A stretch of DNA of 64,000 bases from an uncultured virus (IMG/VR IMGVR_UViG_3300048018_000259) (IMGVR_UViG_3300048018_000259), one strand, 5' to 3'. Shown: positions 1 through 10,751, numbered from the stretch's first letter. Numbers and translations are program-made. Notes: generated by a model not told the origin, from the letters alone.

Positions 1-3000
1 TTCAAAAGCAATATGACCATTAGAGCTAGAGTCATCATCTCGTATATTTAATATAGATTCATTATTAGATGGATTGTTAATATTAACAACATTTAAAGCA
101 TCTAATCTGTTATGAACAATTGTTTTTACAGCTCCTCCATCTAAGGTTAAAGCAGGGTCGCTGCCTTTGTATTTAAAAATTAGATCTCCAGAACCTGATA
201 CTTCTATTATACCGTTATTGTTTCCACCTCCAAAATTTATATCACCAACTACAGATAGCTTAGCACTCGGACTAGTAGTCCCAATCCCGACGTTTCCGCC
301 TCCTGAATTTAAAATTACATTATTTCCAAGTTGATTTATATAAAGAGGTTTTGATGCGTGACTTTGTATCCAACTGTATGTAGTGTTACCTCCTATTTTT
401 AAATTTGTACCTGTTGTTTTTATTTCAACCACACCTGTTCCAGCGGCATCATTAGTTCCTTCTATTACAAGTTTTGTTCCAGGCGAAGTCGTCCCGATAC
501 CAACGTTTTGACTATTGTTTATAAACATAGCTACACTACCTGATGTAGAAAAACTAGTAGCAAATGCTGATTTTATTTGTATATTATTATTAGTATTTTC
601 TATATAAGAATCACCAGAAACACTTCCGTCACAGAATATTTCAAGATAATCCCCGCTATTGCTGTCGTTGCTTCTTATTTTACCTTCAACATCTAGTGGA
701 ACCGCAGGATTAGTCATACCAATCCCGACGTTACCTTCAACAATTAATCCATTAGTTGGTGCTGAAGTTGCTGTATAGCTACTACCTATACTAGCATTGC
801 CGCCAACTGTAAGTCTGCTTCCTAATGTATTTGTAGGCGAAGCTCCAATACCCCAAAAACCAACTTGGTTTGTCATAGTAGAAACACCACCATAAATATT
901 AGTACTATCCAAGTTACGAAGAATAAGCGCGTATCTTGTAGCGGCAGTTCCTTGTGATTGTATTGCTACTCCATAACCATTAGTTGCATCACTGTTTGTG
1001 AAACTTGCAGCGGTTCCACCACTAGAGGTTGTTTGATTTATTTTACCTAATACATCAAGCGCACTGACAGGACTAGTTACTCCAATTCCAAGTCTACCGC
1101 CGTTAGTTAATACCATTTTTATATTACCAGAAGTATTAATTGGATCAGATGAAGTTCTGAAATCTAAACGCCCATTAGCGTTCATAATACAAACACCTTC
1201 TGCAGCTGTGTCAGTTTGAAAAAATAATCTACCGGAGTTTGAACCAGCTGAGGTGTCTTTTTTTAGTATTAATCCATTTGCTCCGCTTGAGCTAATATAT
1301 AGTGAATTTGTTAAAGGCTCATTTGGTCCAGCAGCTAAAGGTAACCAAGGACCTATAGAACTACCAGCCGTACTTTTTACTATAAGACCATTAGCATCTG
1401 TACCTAGTATATGCGTTGGGCTACCTGTGTTATTTGTGCCATTATAAGCGTTGAATTTTACAGATCCAGCATTATTTATATTTAAAACTTCTGTACCTGT
1501 AATAGAATCGTTTAGCATTCTAACACTAAACGATGGAGTTCCATCAGTTCCCGCTCTAAGGCCACCAATAGCAACGCCATAATTGTTAACTGGTGATGTT
1601 CCAAAAAAGATATTTGTAAAACCACCTGAGTTTGTAGTTGTTGTTGGGTGCAATCTTAAAAAAGAATCTCTATCAAATTGAGTTGTTACTTGTGATCTTT
1701 GAATTTCTAGTTTTCCTGTGGGACTAGTCGTCCCGATACCTACGTTGCCAGTTGAGGTGATACGCATTTGTTCGCTAGCGTCTTTTCTAAATACATGATT
1801 GTTACCTATTGCTCCGTATTCAATATTTGCAGTGCTTGAATTATCTCTAAATGAAGCAAAACAGTTAGCGTCTGTGCTTGTAGCATATATAGCTCCATCA
1901 AGAGTTCCTGCTGCAATAGTTAGCATTTGACTATCATAACCTGAGTGACCAATACCAACAGTCCCGCTAGGTCTAATACGCATTTTTTCTGTTAGATTTG
2001 TGTACAACGCGAGAGCATCATTACTTACTGAACCAATTACAACTGCACCTATATTAGTATCAAGTAATCCTGTTCTTGTGCCATCACTCCACTGTAATTT
2101 GTAAGAGGGCGTGCAGTTTATTCCTACGTAGCCTGCAGAAGTGATACGCATTCTTTCTATAGGTGTTCCTGTTAAGGTTGGATTAGTTAATATGCTAAAA
2201 TCTCCACCACCTGATCCGTTTCTTTTGTGTCTTAGTATAGTGCCAAAAGTTCCGGCATTAGTATTACCAGCGATCATTTTTAAATCTACATAATCATTTG
2301 CGGATCCAGATGTTTGGTGTAATTCTAAAGCAACACCACTACCTGCTCTTCTAACATCTAATCTAGAATTAGGATTAGTTGTCATACCAATTCCTAAGTT
2401 ACCACTTGGTATATTAGTATCACCAGTATGATTCCAAAGCTGCAAATATCTAGCATCTGTGTAATTATATAATACAACTCTATCTGCTTCATTGTTAAAC
2501 CCACACAAGTCATTTGCTGTTTTTTGATAACCTTGCAAGAATAATTTTCCAGTTGCTATATCTCCTCCATCAGCATTTATTGCAGATCCAGTATAATCTT
2601 TACCACCAGGGTCAGCCGCGTGTTGATTTGCTTGTATTTGCAGCTTTGACTGAGGACTAGTCGTTCCGATCCCGACGTTGCCGTTGTTTTTAACAAACAT
2701 TGCATTGCTAATAATACCACCAGCATTATTACCTACATCAAATCCTAAACCACCATTATCTACTCCTTGTATTCTAGCTAAAGTTCCTCCAGGGTTTGTA
2801 AATGAAATTAATGAATCTAAACCATCTGTTGAATTATGTAATTTTAGTAAATCTTCAGATGTATTTTCCACTACTAGTCTGTAGCCTGTAGGACTAGTCG
2901 TCCCGATCCCGACGTTGCTGTTTGCAAAGTAAGCATCACCACCACCTCCATTTACAACAAAATCAGTTGATCCAACTCTAAATTGTTCTTGTGGAATTAA

Positions 3001-3561
3001 TATAGTAGAACTTGCAGCTCCAGGATCTGTAGCTGTTGCACCGCTGTTAACCCAAGTACCAGTTGAATTTTCAGCCACATAAAAACTACCATCTCCAGTA
3101 AATTGAGGAAAAAGTACATATAAAGTATAGGCTGTTGCTGAAGTACCTGCTGCATTTGCCACCCATTTTATATTGCCGCCTCCCAACGATCCACTTGGCC
3201 CAGTAGTATAAAAACTACTATCAGCAGCAAAACCATTTGCATCAGTACTACCACCATTAGATGTTTTAAATCTTATGTATACCTCATAGTTTTGACTTAT
3301 GGTTGCATTGTAACCATTGTTTGATACAATTTTTATAAAAATACTCTTACCACCCTGACTTGCTGTAAATGTACCCATATTTCTCCAAGCAGCACCAGAA
3401 CCTACTGTTCCCACAGTATACACTGAGCTAAAACCTGAAAACCAATCTACACCTGTACCAGTAGACCTTAAGATTTTTTGTGACGTACCTGCATCTCCAC
3501 TTGTATCTAAAAACTTATTTAATATTTGAAGCTCTGTGCTTATTTTTTTTATTTCTGCCAT
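1..3561 (-). CDS. Long tail fibre protein, 3'-truncated by the window edge (at least 1187 aa)
   Basis: ATG at 3561 (MAEIKKISTELQ...). The parts I translated stay in frame toward base 1 and contain repeated GNVGIGTTSP modules; probably absent from the ORF track because it has no stop in the window. Confidence 0.85.
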   Translation of the reverse strand, partial: MAEIKKISTELQILNKFLDTSGDAGTSQKILRSTGTGVDWFSGFSSVYTVGTVGSGAAWRNMGTFTASQGGKSIFIKIVSNNGYNATISQNYEVYIRFKTSNGGSTDANGFAADSSFYTTGPSGSLGGGNIKWVANAAGTSATAYTLYVLFPQFTGDGSFYVAENSTGTWVNSGATATDPGAASSTILIPQEQFRVGSTDFVVNGGGGDAYFANSNVGIGTTSPTGYRLVVENTSEDLLKLHNSTDGLDSLISFTNPGGTLARIQGVDNGGLGFDVGNNAGGIISNAMFVKNNGNVGIGTTSPQSKLQIQANQHAADPGGKDYTGSAINADGGDIATGKLFLQGYQKTANDLCGFNNEADRVVLYNYTDARYLQLWNHTGDTNIPSGNLGIGMTTNPNSRLDVRRAGSGVALELHQTSGSANDYVDLKMIAGNTNAGTFGTILRHKRNGSGGGDFSILTNPTLTGTPIERMRITSAGYVGINCTPSYKLQWSDGTRTGLLDTNIGAVVIGSVSNDALALYTNLTEKMRIRPSGTVGIGHSGYDSQMLTIAAGTLDGAIYATSTDANCFASFRDNSSTANIEYGAIGNNHVFRKDASEQMRITSTGNVGIGTTSPTGKLEIQRSQVTTQFDRDSFLRLHPTTTTNSGGFTNIFFGTSPVNNYGVAIGGLRAGTDGTPSFSVRMLNDSITGTEVLNINNAGSVKFNAYNGTNNTGSPTHILGTDANGLIVKSTAGSSIGPWLPLAAGPNEPLTNSLYISSSGANGLILKKDTSAGSNSGRLFFQTDTAAEGVCIMNANGRLDFRTSSDPINTSGNIKMVLTNGGRLGIGVTSPVSALDVLGKINQTTSSGGTAASFTNSDATNGYGVAIQSQGTAATRYALILRNLDSTNIYGGVSTMTNQVGFWGIGASPTNTLGSRLTVGGNASIGSSYTATSAPTNGLIVEGNVGIGMTNPAVPLDVEGKIRSNDSNSGDYLEIFCDGSVSGDSYIENTNNNIQIKSAFATSFSTSGSVAMFINNSQNVGIGTTSPGTKLVIEGTNDAAGTGVVEIKTTGTNLKIGGNTTYSWIQSHASKPLYINQLGNNVILNSGGGNVGIGTTSPSAKLSVVGDINFGGGNNNGIIEVSGSGDLIFKYKGSDPALTLDGGAVKTIVHNRLDALNVVNINNPSNNESILNIRDDDSSSNGHIAFE

Positions 3562-3564
3562 GTC

Positions 3565-6500
3565 TTATGCGTAAGTTGAATTAATTGAATGACCAGTTGC
3601 TTGTACTACAATTCTTGGACTGTATCCTTGGGATCCAGATCTTGTTTTAAATGTAAAAGTTATAGTTGTTCCATCTGCAGAAGCTACAACGTCATAAGTA
3701 TTTGATCCTTCGTCTATCATTTTTCTTGGTCTCCAAGTTGTTGAATCGCAATAACAGCTATATGATATTCTTTGATATTTTCCTGTGCCTCCATAACATT
3801 TAAATTCAAATCCTGCAGAAGCACCATTAAATCCAGCTGTTAACCCAGCCACTGCGTATCCTGTTGTATTTAAACTACCAGCTACTTTACTATATGTAAC
3901 TAAACCACCAGCTTCTATACCGCCTGATACAGTTAATTTATAAGTAGGATTAGTTGTACCAATCCCGACGTTGCCGGAAGTATTAATAGTCATTACCGTA
4001 CCTGTTCCATCTGAATCAGATATTTGTAGGTCTCTACTGCTTTGTACATTTGTAAAAACCCAATTTCCAGTATTAGCTTGCAATGTCAGTGTAGAATTAC
4101 CTGTGTCGCCAGTAGCGGTTATATTTGCACCTGTTGTTACATTTCCAGTAAAAGTTGCGTTTTGTGAAGTGTTTATAGTAAGAGCTCTTGCATTTCCAGC
4201 TTTTAATGAAAACGAATGTGCTGTAGATGTACCTAATGACATATCAGTAGTTGCGTCATCATAACTCCAATCACCAGCAACAGCGCCGCCGCTTCTTTGC
4301 GCTTTATATATTATCTTACTATTTCCTGCTGTGTAGTTAGCGGTTGCTGTTACATCACCTGCAAAAGTTGCGTTAGCAACAAATTCTACATCATTATTAG
4401 TTTTAAGTCTAATTTGATGGACATTGTTTGCACCTAAATAAAGTTCATCTCCAACGGCCGCAAATACTAAACCTGCATTTGTTCCTGCAGTATCAATTCT
4501 TATAGATGTACTTGCATTAGGATTTACAGTTAATTGACCCCCAAAAGTCCCTGCTCCTGCAAAAGTTGCGTTTTGTGAAGAGTCTAAAGTTAAAGCAGTT
4601 AACCCGCTAGCGCCTGTTGCAATAACTAAAGCATTGTTTTCTGTACCATATATAATTCCTAAGTCTCCCTGATTTACATTTGACCAAGTAATACCAGGCC
4701 TTGCTGCTCCAGAGCCTTTAACTGTTAAGCCTGTGTAATTAGAAAGACCATCAATTAAAACTGTTCCTGCAAAAGTTGCGCTTGTATTGCTTGTTAGTGT
4801 TAAATTAGCAGTTGATCCATTACCACCTAATAATAATGGATTGTTTTGGTCATTAGTTATACCGCCTCTAAATCGTGCTAAGCCATTTGAGTACATGCCT
4901 TGCGACGCAGAAACATAAAAATAATTTTGTGATACAACAACCTCACCTGTTCCTTGTATATAAAGCTGTTCTGTATTAGCTGCGCTTGTAACGCTAAGAC
5001 TTTTATCAGAAGCAGCGTTTCCAGGACCTGTTATAATGTTTGTTGTAGATGATTGAGAAAATCTAGAATCAGTTAATGTATTTGAGGTACCAGAACCTGA
5101 CCATAGAGGTAATGTTTGCCCTGTGCCAATTCCATCTAATACAGATGAGTTATCTACTTTTTGCCATCCATCTGTTCCTGCTCCTGCTACAACATATATA
5201 GCCCAATCACCAACTTTCCAATCTGTTATCCCCGATAGGCTAGTGCTACCAGCAACTGATACAATCCAAAACTGACCGTTTTCAGGAGAAGCAGAAGGTG
5301 GATTACCTGTGCTAGCGTCCCATGTTCCTTCAAATCGTAAACCTGCAGGTATTAAAGCTATTTTGTTATTTACATAAGCTGTAGTAGCTATTGTTGTATT
5401 GTTTATTGCGTTAGCTTGTGTAGTTGTTATCCAACCATCTATAAGTGTACCACCTGTAGTTGTTGCTGCACCTACGCTAACAATTCCAGTTTCAAGTTTT
5501 TTAGCTGAATCATAATAAAGTTTTACTGCACCATCTACAATAAATTCAGCCATATTTTCAGTAGTACCTTTGTTTATTTGAACACTTGCACCATTGCTTG
5601 TAATAAGTAAATTACCCGCACCATTATCTTTTATATAACTATCACTTCCGTCGTGGTATATTTCAAGATCTTTGCTGTTACCCATAAAAATCTTTGACTT
5701 ATCTGGGAATATTGTAGCTCCTAATGTATCTGTATTATTTGTATTGGTTCCAGAAAGGTAAAAGTAATTTGCTAAATTACCATCTCCACGATCAGCCTGA
5801 AAATATACGTCATTATTATCTACTTGCTGTCTAATGTAAAGACCACCGGTATCATTATCAAGAAAAGCATTACTTCCACTGTGATATATCTCAAGGTCCG
5901 AACCTGTACCTAAGTTTAATTTAAAAGCATCAGGAAATACAACCCCAGCAACACCAGTCATTGTCCCGCCAGCAAGTGGTAAGAAAGGTCCTGTACCTCC
6001 ACCTGATCCATCTACATATGCTTTAGTTACAAAGTTAGCTGCAGCAACCGGTGTTATACCAGATACTAAGCCTGTGAATAATCCTGTACCTACTACGTGT
6101 AGTTTAGCTGTAGGTGCATTAGTTCCTATCCCAACGTTGCCAGTAACTCCTTGAACCACAAATCTAGTGTTAGTATCTTGTACTAATTTTAACAAAGAAC
6201 CACTTGCGTTAACATCATAAAGTTCTAAATAATCAGTAGGGGTTGTTCCAGCGCTTCCAAAGACAATTTTGCCTTGATTTGGTATTCTAATGTTACCTGC
6301 TACTTCTAGTTTTTGGTCAGGACTAGTCGTGCCAATCCCAACGTTGCCAGTATTAGCAAGATGTAAAGCTAAATTTCCCTGCGCTGTAAAACCAGTTGTA
6401 GTTACTGCTCTATTAGTATAAAAAGACATACCGTTAGTTACAGTGCTTGTAGTACCTATTATTGCTTTATTATCTCCTACTGCAAAAGTTAACTTTTGTT

Positions 6501-7437
6501 CATCTGCTTGTGCACCTGTTGAGGTTTCTATAATAGCTAAACAAGGGACGTCTTGTTGAACAACTTGTACAGTATCAAAGTTTACAAAGGTAGCGTCATT
6601 ACCTGATCTAAATTTAGCTACTTTTCCATTTCCAGATGTATAACCTTTACTTACGTCTAGTCTAAAATCTGGAGATGTTTCCCCAATCCCGACGTTGCCG
6701 CCTTTTAAGGTCATTGTGTCTGTGTAAGAACCATCTGTGAACAACAGCGAATCATTAGAAGCGTCGTGTTGTATTTTAGCTTTTACGCTATCTGCTTCTT
6801 CAAAAAATATGGTAGCATCCGCGTTTGCGGCATTTGCATTTATATATAAATTGGTATTACCAGCATTGGTTATTTTTATATGCCCTCCTGATACTTCAAG
6901 TTTTTCAGCAGGACTAGTCGTACCGATACCAACGTTGCCGCCTTGCTCTATAACAAAAGGATTAGAAAAATCAGTTGGTTTCCACACTCTAAAAACATAA
7001 CTTGAATCTGCACCTATAGCTCCTGAACCTATGTTATTGCTAGATCTACCAAAAAATATTTGAGCACTTGCCCCTCCAGATCTAAACTCTGCGCCGTAAG
7101 TTTGGAGTTTATTAGCTATAGCAACACCTTGCCCAAATTCTTCAGTAACATAAGCATCACCGCTTACTTGAAGTTTTGAACTAGGACTAGTCGCACCGAT
7201 ACCTACGTTGCCTGCGTCTGTCAAAGTCATTTTAACTCCAGTGCCATACGAAGTATTTTCACCTATATAAAGTTTTGCTGAATCAGTAGCAAAAAACCAT
7301 TTAGAATCTGATGCACCGCCTCTAGTTAATTGTAATAACTCTTGTTGCCCTGATATTGTTAGTTTTGAACTAAGGCTATCTGTTCCAATACCTACCTTAC
7401 CGGCGAAATATCCGTTATTTAAAAATTTTAATGCCAT
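3565..7437 (-). CDS. Long tail fibre protein (1290 aa)
   Basis: Gly/Thr/Asn-rich; repeated GNVGIGTTSP, DLEIYHxG and NATFAG motifs typical of phage fibres. Confidence 0.85.
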   Translation of the reverse strand: MALKFLNNGYFAGKVGIGTDSLSSKLTISGQQELLQLTRGGASDSKWFFATDSAKLYIGENTSYGTGVKMTLTDAGNVGIGATSPSSKLQVSGDAYVTEEFGQGVAIANKLQTYGAEFRSGGASAQIFFGRSSNNIGSGAIGADSSYVFRVWKPTDFSNPFVIEQGGNVGIGTTSPAEKLEVSGGHIKITNAGNTNLYINANAANADATIFFEEADSVKAKIQHDASNDSLLFTDGSYTDTMTLKGGNVGIGETSPDFRLDVSKGYTSGNGKVAKFRSGNDATFVNFDTVQVVQQDVPCLAIIETSTGAQADEQKLTFAVGDNKAIIGTTSTVTNGMSFYTNRAVTTTGFTAQGNLALHLANTGNVGIGTTSPDQKLEVAGNIRIPNQGKIVFGSAGTTPTDYLELYDVNASGSLLKLVQDTNTRFVVQGVTGNVGIGTNAPTAKLHVVGTGLFTGLVSGITPVAAANFVTKAYVDGSGGGTGPFLPLAGGTMTGVAGVVFPDAFKLNLGTGSDLEIYHSGSNAFLDNDTGGLYIRQQVDNNDVYFQADRGDGNLANYFYLSGTNTNNTDTLGATIFPDKSKIFMGNSKDLEIYHDGSDSYIKDNGAGNLLITSNGASVQINKGTTENMAEFIVDGAVKLYYDSAKKLETGIVSVGAATTTGGTLIDGWITTTQANAINNTTIATTAYVNNKIALIPAGLRFEGTWDASTGNPPSASPENGQFWIVSVAGSTSLSGITDWKVGDWAIYVVAGAGTDGWQKVDNSSVLDGIGTGQTLPLWSGSGTSNTLTDSRFSQSSTTNIITGPGNAASDKSLSVTSAANTEQLYIQGTGEVVVSQNYFYVSASQGMYSNGLARFRGGITNDQNNPLLLGGNGSTANLTLTSNTSATFAGTVLIDGLSNYTGLTVKGSGAARPGITWSNVNQGDLGIIYGTENNALVIATGASGLTALTLDSSQNATFAGAGTFGGQLTVNPNASTSIRIDTAGTNAGLVFAAVGDELYLGANNVHQIRLKTNNDVEFVANATFAGDVTATANYTAGNSKIIYKAQRSGGAVAGDWSYDDATTDMSLGTSTAHSFSLKAGNARALTINTSQNATFTGNVTTGANITATGDTGNSTLTLQANTGNWVFTNVQSSRDLQISDSDGTGTVMTINTSGNVGIGTTNPTYKLTVSGGIEAGGLVTYSKVAGSLNTTGYAVAGLTAGFNGASAGFEFKCYGGTGKYQRISYSCYCDSTTWRPRKMIDEGSNTYDVVASADGTTITFTFKTRSGSQGYSPRIVVQATGHSINSTYA

Positions 7438-7458
7438 GCATTATAAGTATTAGTTAAT

Positions 7459-8844
7459 CTATACGTGCGAAAGAAGCACTTGGTAAGCGTCGTTTGCTAT
7501 AGAGCCTGTAAATCCTACAGCTAAGCTAGCAGACCCACTTCTTGTAACACAAGCATAAACAGTTTCATAAGGTGCTGCTCCTTCAGTTACTTCAACTTTA
7601 ACGTTTTCCGCTAAAGCACCTGTTCCAAATAAACTAGCAGCCGCTAAGTTTAAAGTAAATGTTGTTACGCCTCCAGATTCCGTTCTTACAGATGGCGCGG
7701 TATTATTTAAAGATTGCTTAGCACCATAAGGGTTTCTTTGAGAATTTAATTGTACCCAACCAGAAGCTGTTACATCAAAGCTAGCTGAATCAAAACCAGC
7801 CACACCTTTTTCAGTTGCACCATCTGTTGCACCAGCGCCTGCTATATTAGCGTCTGCTAAAACAAACGTGTATTGAGTTGACGCTGGGGTTGATGATGCT
7901 GTGATTGATGCATTAGCAAATATAAAATCACCAACTTCTACTGAAACCGTCGTGTCACTAAAAGTTATATCACCATCGTGCGTTACTATAAAATAATCAC
8001 CTTGATCTAAAGCTATATTAGAACCACCACTAATAACTGGAACACCAGGATCAGTAGTAGCATTGTAACCACCTTTAAACACTCCAACACCTGCGACTAG
8101 TAATTCTACTTGACCTAAATTAACCCCATCTGTAGAAGCTGTACCAGTGCCAACATTGGTAAGCTTATTGGTGTTCATGTTAATTGGACTTGCAAAACTA
8201 TTTGTTTCACCTGATTGGCTTTGAGTAATTACACCTCCAACTGTTAAATCATCTACTATTGTAACATCATCTGTTAAATCAACAGTTATAGTGGAAGTTC
8301 CCGCGTTACCAGCTACCTCAACTCTACCGGTTGTACCTACAAAAGTTACAAGATCGCTTGAACCATCTGAACCTGTTAAAGTTATTTTACCTGATTTTGG
8401 ATCAGAAACAGACCCTGCGCTTACAGGTAATGTGTATGTTGTATTGTCTGAAGCAGGTATAGTAATTGTTTTGGTGTTTACCGCTGTTACGTGACCCGTT
8501 GTGTTTGTAGTTATAGAATCAAGAGCTGTAAATGTAGCGCCATAAGCTGGAGCTGCTGTTGATGTAGTATTTGATCTAGTGGTTAAATCGTGATTAACAA
8601 TAGGTATAGGCCCTGTTTGATTTGTAACACTTATATAAGTACCACCTTGTACTTCGGTTATATCACCTGAAATAGATTCCCATGCAGAACCGGTCCATAC
8701 TTTTATAGTATCTAAAGTCGTATTGTAATACAACTGACCATCTACACCAGTTCCAGCCGCCGTGTCGTTTGGTTGCGACTCAATTGCCGCTTTGATTAGT
8801 TGATTCTGATTAAGATCAACCGAGTTTAAAAAATTTATTGCCAT
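7459..8844 (-). CDS. Tail fibre/tail-associated structural protein (461 aa)
   Basis: GQLYYNTT motif, Thr/Gly-rich, adjacent to fibre genes. Confidence 0.65.
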   Translation of the reverse strand: MAINFLNSVDLNQNQLIKAAIESQPNDTAAGTGVDGQLYYNTTLDTIKVWTGSAWESISGDITEVQGGTYISVTNQTGPIPIVNHDLTTRSNTTSTAAPAYGATFTALDSITTNTTGHVTAVNTKTITIPASDNTTYTLPVSAGSVSDPKSGKITLTGSDGSSDLVTFVGTTGRVEVAGNAGTSTITVDLTDDVTIVDDLTVGGVITQSQSGETNSFASPINMNTNKLTNVGTGTASTDGVNLGQVELLVAGVGVFKGGYNATTDPGVPVISGGSNIALDQGDYFIVTHDGDITFSDTTVSVEVGDFIFANASITASSTPASTQYTFVLADANIAGAGATDGATEKGVAGFDSASFDVTASGWVQLNSQRNPYGAKQSLNNTAPSVRTESGGVTTFTLNLAAASLFGTGALAENVKVEVTEGAAPYETVYACVTRSGSASLAVGFTGSIANDAYQVLLSHV

Positions 8845-8850
8845 GTTTTG

Positions 8851-9528
8851 TTAGTTTAAGTATGCTTTGCCAGAGAAGCCAGCAGAAAAGTTTAGTTGTA
8901 CGTTATTGTTGTCTATATATGTTACTTCACCATTTATAACCACATTGTTATTATTGATTACAGACACTGAAGGAAATTTTCCTAAGTTATGTTGTATGTT
9001 CCAAGTAGTAGCAGGTATACCTTGTGTAAATGCAAAGGTGGGCGCACCTTGCGAAGATAAAGTAAATACTGCAAAGTCGTAAACTTTGTCAAGATCTAAA
9101 GCCCCGTTGCCAAAAAGATTTGTTAAATTTAATGTAGCTACATTATTGTTTAAAGTATAGGAGTCTATAGTAAAGTGGCCAAATAAACTTATGTTATTCT
9201 GTTCACTAATAAGTATATTGTTACCTACTAAGTATTGCATGAACTCTACAGTGTTTTGCCCGGACACATCAACGCTGGATATTTGCATTGTAGTTATAGC
9301 CGCTATATTGCTGCCGTCAGCCGGCCCTGTGAAAGCACCGGATTCTATGGCATCTTTATATTTAAATACCATTTGAGCAGATATAGATATCTTACCTTTT
9401 ATGTTGAGGTATTTAGCCACGGCTGCTGCTGTAAAGTTTCTAGTCTGTAGACCGGGAACAGAGGTACCTATCCAGGAGTCTTGGTCGACTACATCGAGGT
9501 CTCTAGGATATGAACTTATTCTAGCCAT
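8851..9528 (-). CDS. Putative tail structural protein (225 aa)
   Basis: C-terminal WNIQHNLGKFPSVSV...FSGKAYLN motif seen in phage tail proteins; context. Confidence 0.55.
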   Translation of the reverse strand: MARISSYPRDLDVVDQDSWIGTSVPGLQTRNFTAAAVAKYLNIKGKISISAQMVFKYKDAIESGAFTGPADGSNIAAITTMQISSVDVSGQNTVEFMQYLVGNNILISEQNNISLFGHFTIDSYTLNNNVATLNLTNLFGNGALDLDKVYDFAVFTLSSQGAPTFAFTQGIPATTWNIQHNLGKFPSVSVINNNNVVINGEVTYIDNNNVQLNFSAGFSGKAYLN

Positions 9529-9534
9529 GTGTTT

Positions 9535-10062
9535 TTATATTACTTGATATCTCACTGTAACTTGCAGAGTTCCGCCTCCAGCTAGTGTAGCAGATGAAAC
9601 GCATCCAAAGTTAATAGGGGAATTCAATGAAGCATCAGCTCCAGATATTGTAAATATTTGAGTAGCATCAGAATCAATGTCCGTGTATGTTGCTGGTAGT
9701 GTACCCTGAGTTACAACACCTACAGCTCCGCTAGTTCCATTACCTAGAGTTAGAGGTTGGTTGAAAGCAAAATTAGCACCCGATGCTGTCCATTTAACAT
9801 GCGCTGTTAATACCTGTACTACTGTTTCTGCACCTTGAGCGGGTACTATTTCTATACTAGCAGTCTTCAGCGCTAACCACTCTGCGTTTGATATTGCTTT
9901 AGTTACTTCTGCATACCCTTGTGTAGCCAGTGTGACAACGTTGCTTATCGAAAAGTTTTTAGTTGTTGCTTTTTCGTTTGTCCCTACTCTTGGCACTGAC
10001 GTACCTAATAGTAAGTCATCCGATTTTGGTGTACCCATTGGGTAACTGTTTGCTATAGCCAT
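9535..10062 (-). CDS. Putative structural protein (175 aa)
   Basis: N-terminus similar to the downstream gene (SYP..D...GTSVP...T.NF); beta-rich. Confidence 0.5.
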   Translation of the reverse strand: MAIANSYPMGTPKSDDLLLGTSVPRVGTNEKATTKNFSISNVVTLATQGYAEVTKAISNAEWLALKTASIEIVPAQGAETVVQVLTAHVKWTASGANFAFNQPLTLGNGTSGAVGVVTQGTLPATYTDIDSDATQIFTISGADASLNSPINFGCVSSATLAGGGTLQVTVRYQVI

Positions 10063-10172
10063 TATTTAGTAGATTTAAACATTAATAAGCTGACGAATGC
10101 ATTCCATCTGCTTTTGAGGTAGTTTTCAAACATTAAAACCTTCTCTCCTATCTTTATAATTAGTTTTCCCAT
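10062..10172 (-). CDS. Small hypothetical protein (36 aa)
   Basis: MGKLIIKIGEKVLMFENYLKSRWNAFVSLLMFKSTK; fills the gap with a TAATG overlap into the next gene. Confidence 0.5.
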   Translation of the reverse strand: MGKLIIKIGEKVLMFENYLKSRWNAFVSLLMFKSTK

Positions 10173-10175
10173 GTG

Positions 10176-10418
10176 TTATGTAAGTTTAGTTCTGTTGGTA
10201 AGTGGATCGTACGTTCGGAGCCTGCCGTCATTGTCACGGTCTAGCGCTCTTTGCTCTGCGGTCATAGCGTTTCTTTGAGCCCCTAAAGCTGTAACGCCAC
10301 CCTGTGGGGTAATAAAGCCGTTTTTAACAGCAAGTGACATGCCTAAGTTAGCATCCCCTACTTGTGCTATCAGTCTAGGGATTAATTCCCCGGTACCCAT
10401 AAACGCTTGTGTCTCCAT
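10176..10418 (-). CDS. Hypothetical protein (80 aa)
   Basis: First ORF after the leftward promoter-like motif. Confidence 0.6.
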   Translation of the reverse strand: METQAFMGTGELIPRLIAQVGDANLGMSLAVKNGFITPQGGVTALGAQRNAMTAEQRALDRDNDGRLRTYDPLTNRTKLT

Positions 10419-10425
10419 ATCTATA

Positions 10426-10454
10426 TATACTTACATATATAAGAGTAAACTTAC
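10426..10454 (-). promoter_or_regulatory. Putative middle/late promoter (class 2 motif)
   Basis: GTAAGT-N14-GTAAGTATA just upstream of ATG 10418. Confidence 0.55.
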
Positions 10455-10470
10455 TATATAGTGCTTGTAT

Positions 10471-10515
10471 GTGACGTTAGCCTACTATTATTATAACTTA
10501 AGTACCTAGTGTCAC
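10471..10515. repeat. Inverted repeat around an AT-rich core (candidate origin/operator)
   Basis: GTGACGTTAG-N25-CTAGTGTCAC; related copy at 15548-15591. Confidence 0.55.
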
Positions 10516-10694
10516 ACTGTGGAAATAAAAAATCGTTACATATTACTGGCAGTTGTGTTGAATTTTACTAAATTTTTAAGTTTTTTTCAGGAAAAATCAA
10601 TTATTTTAGCCATCCCCACGCCTTTTTAGCATAAAGATCGCGTATATATCGGCGTTTTGTTTAATCGATCGCGTTATAAATGTTTACGCTTTTT

Positions 10695-10736
10695 TTACAA
10701 ACGTAATACGATATCGAGCGGATAATATATACGTAA
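10695..10736 (+). promoter_or_regulatory. Putative early promoter, class 1 copy 1
   Basis: TTACAA-N5-ATACGA-N7-CGGATAAT-N5-CGTAA upstream of ATG 10752. Confidence 0.75.
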
Positions 10737-10751
10737 TCAATAATTAATCAC

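Noticed and set aside
1..7437. Diversity-generating retroelement or invertase shufflon acting on the tail fibres
   Set aside because: No reverse transcriptase or site-specific recombinase seen; all repeats are direct and I noticed no TR/VR pair
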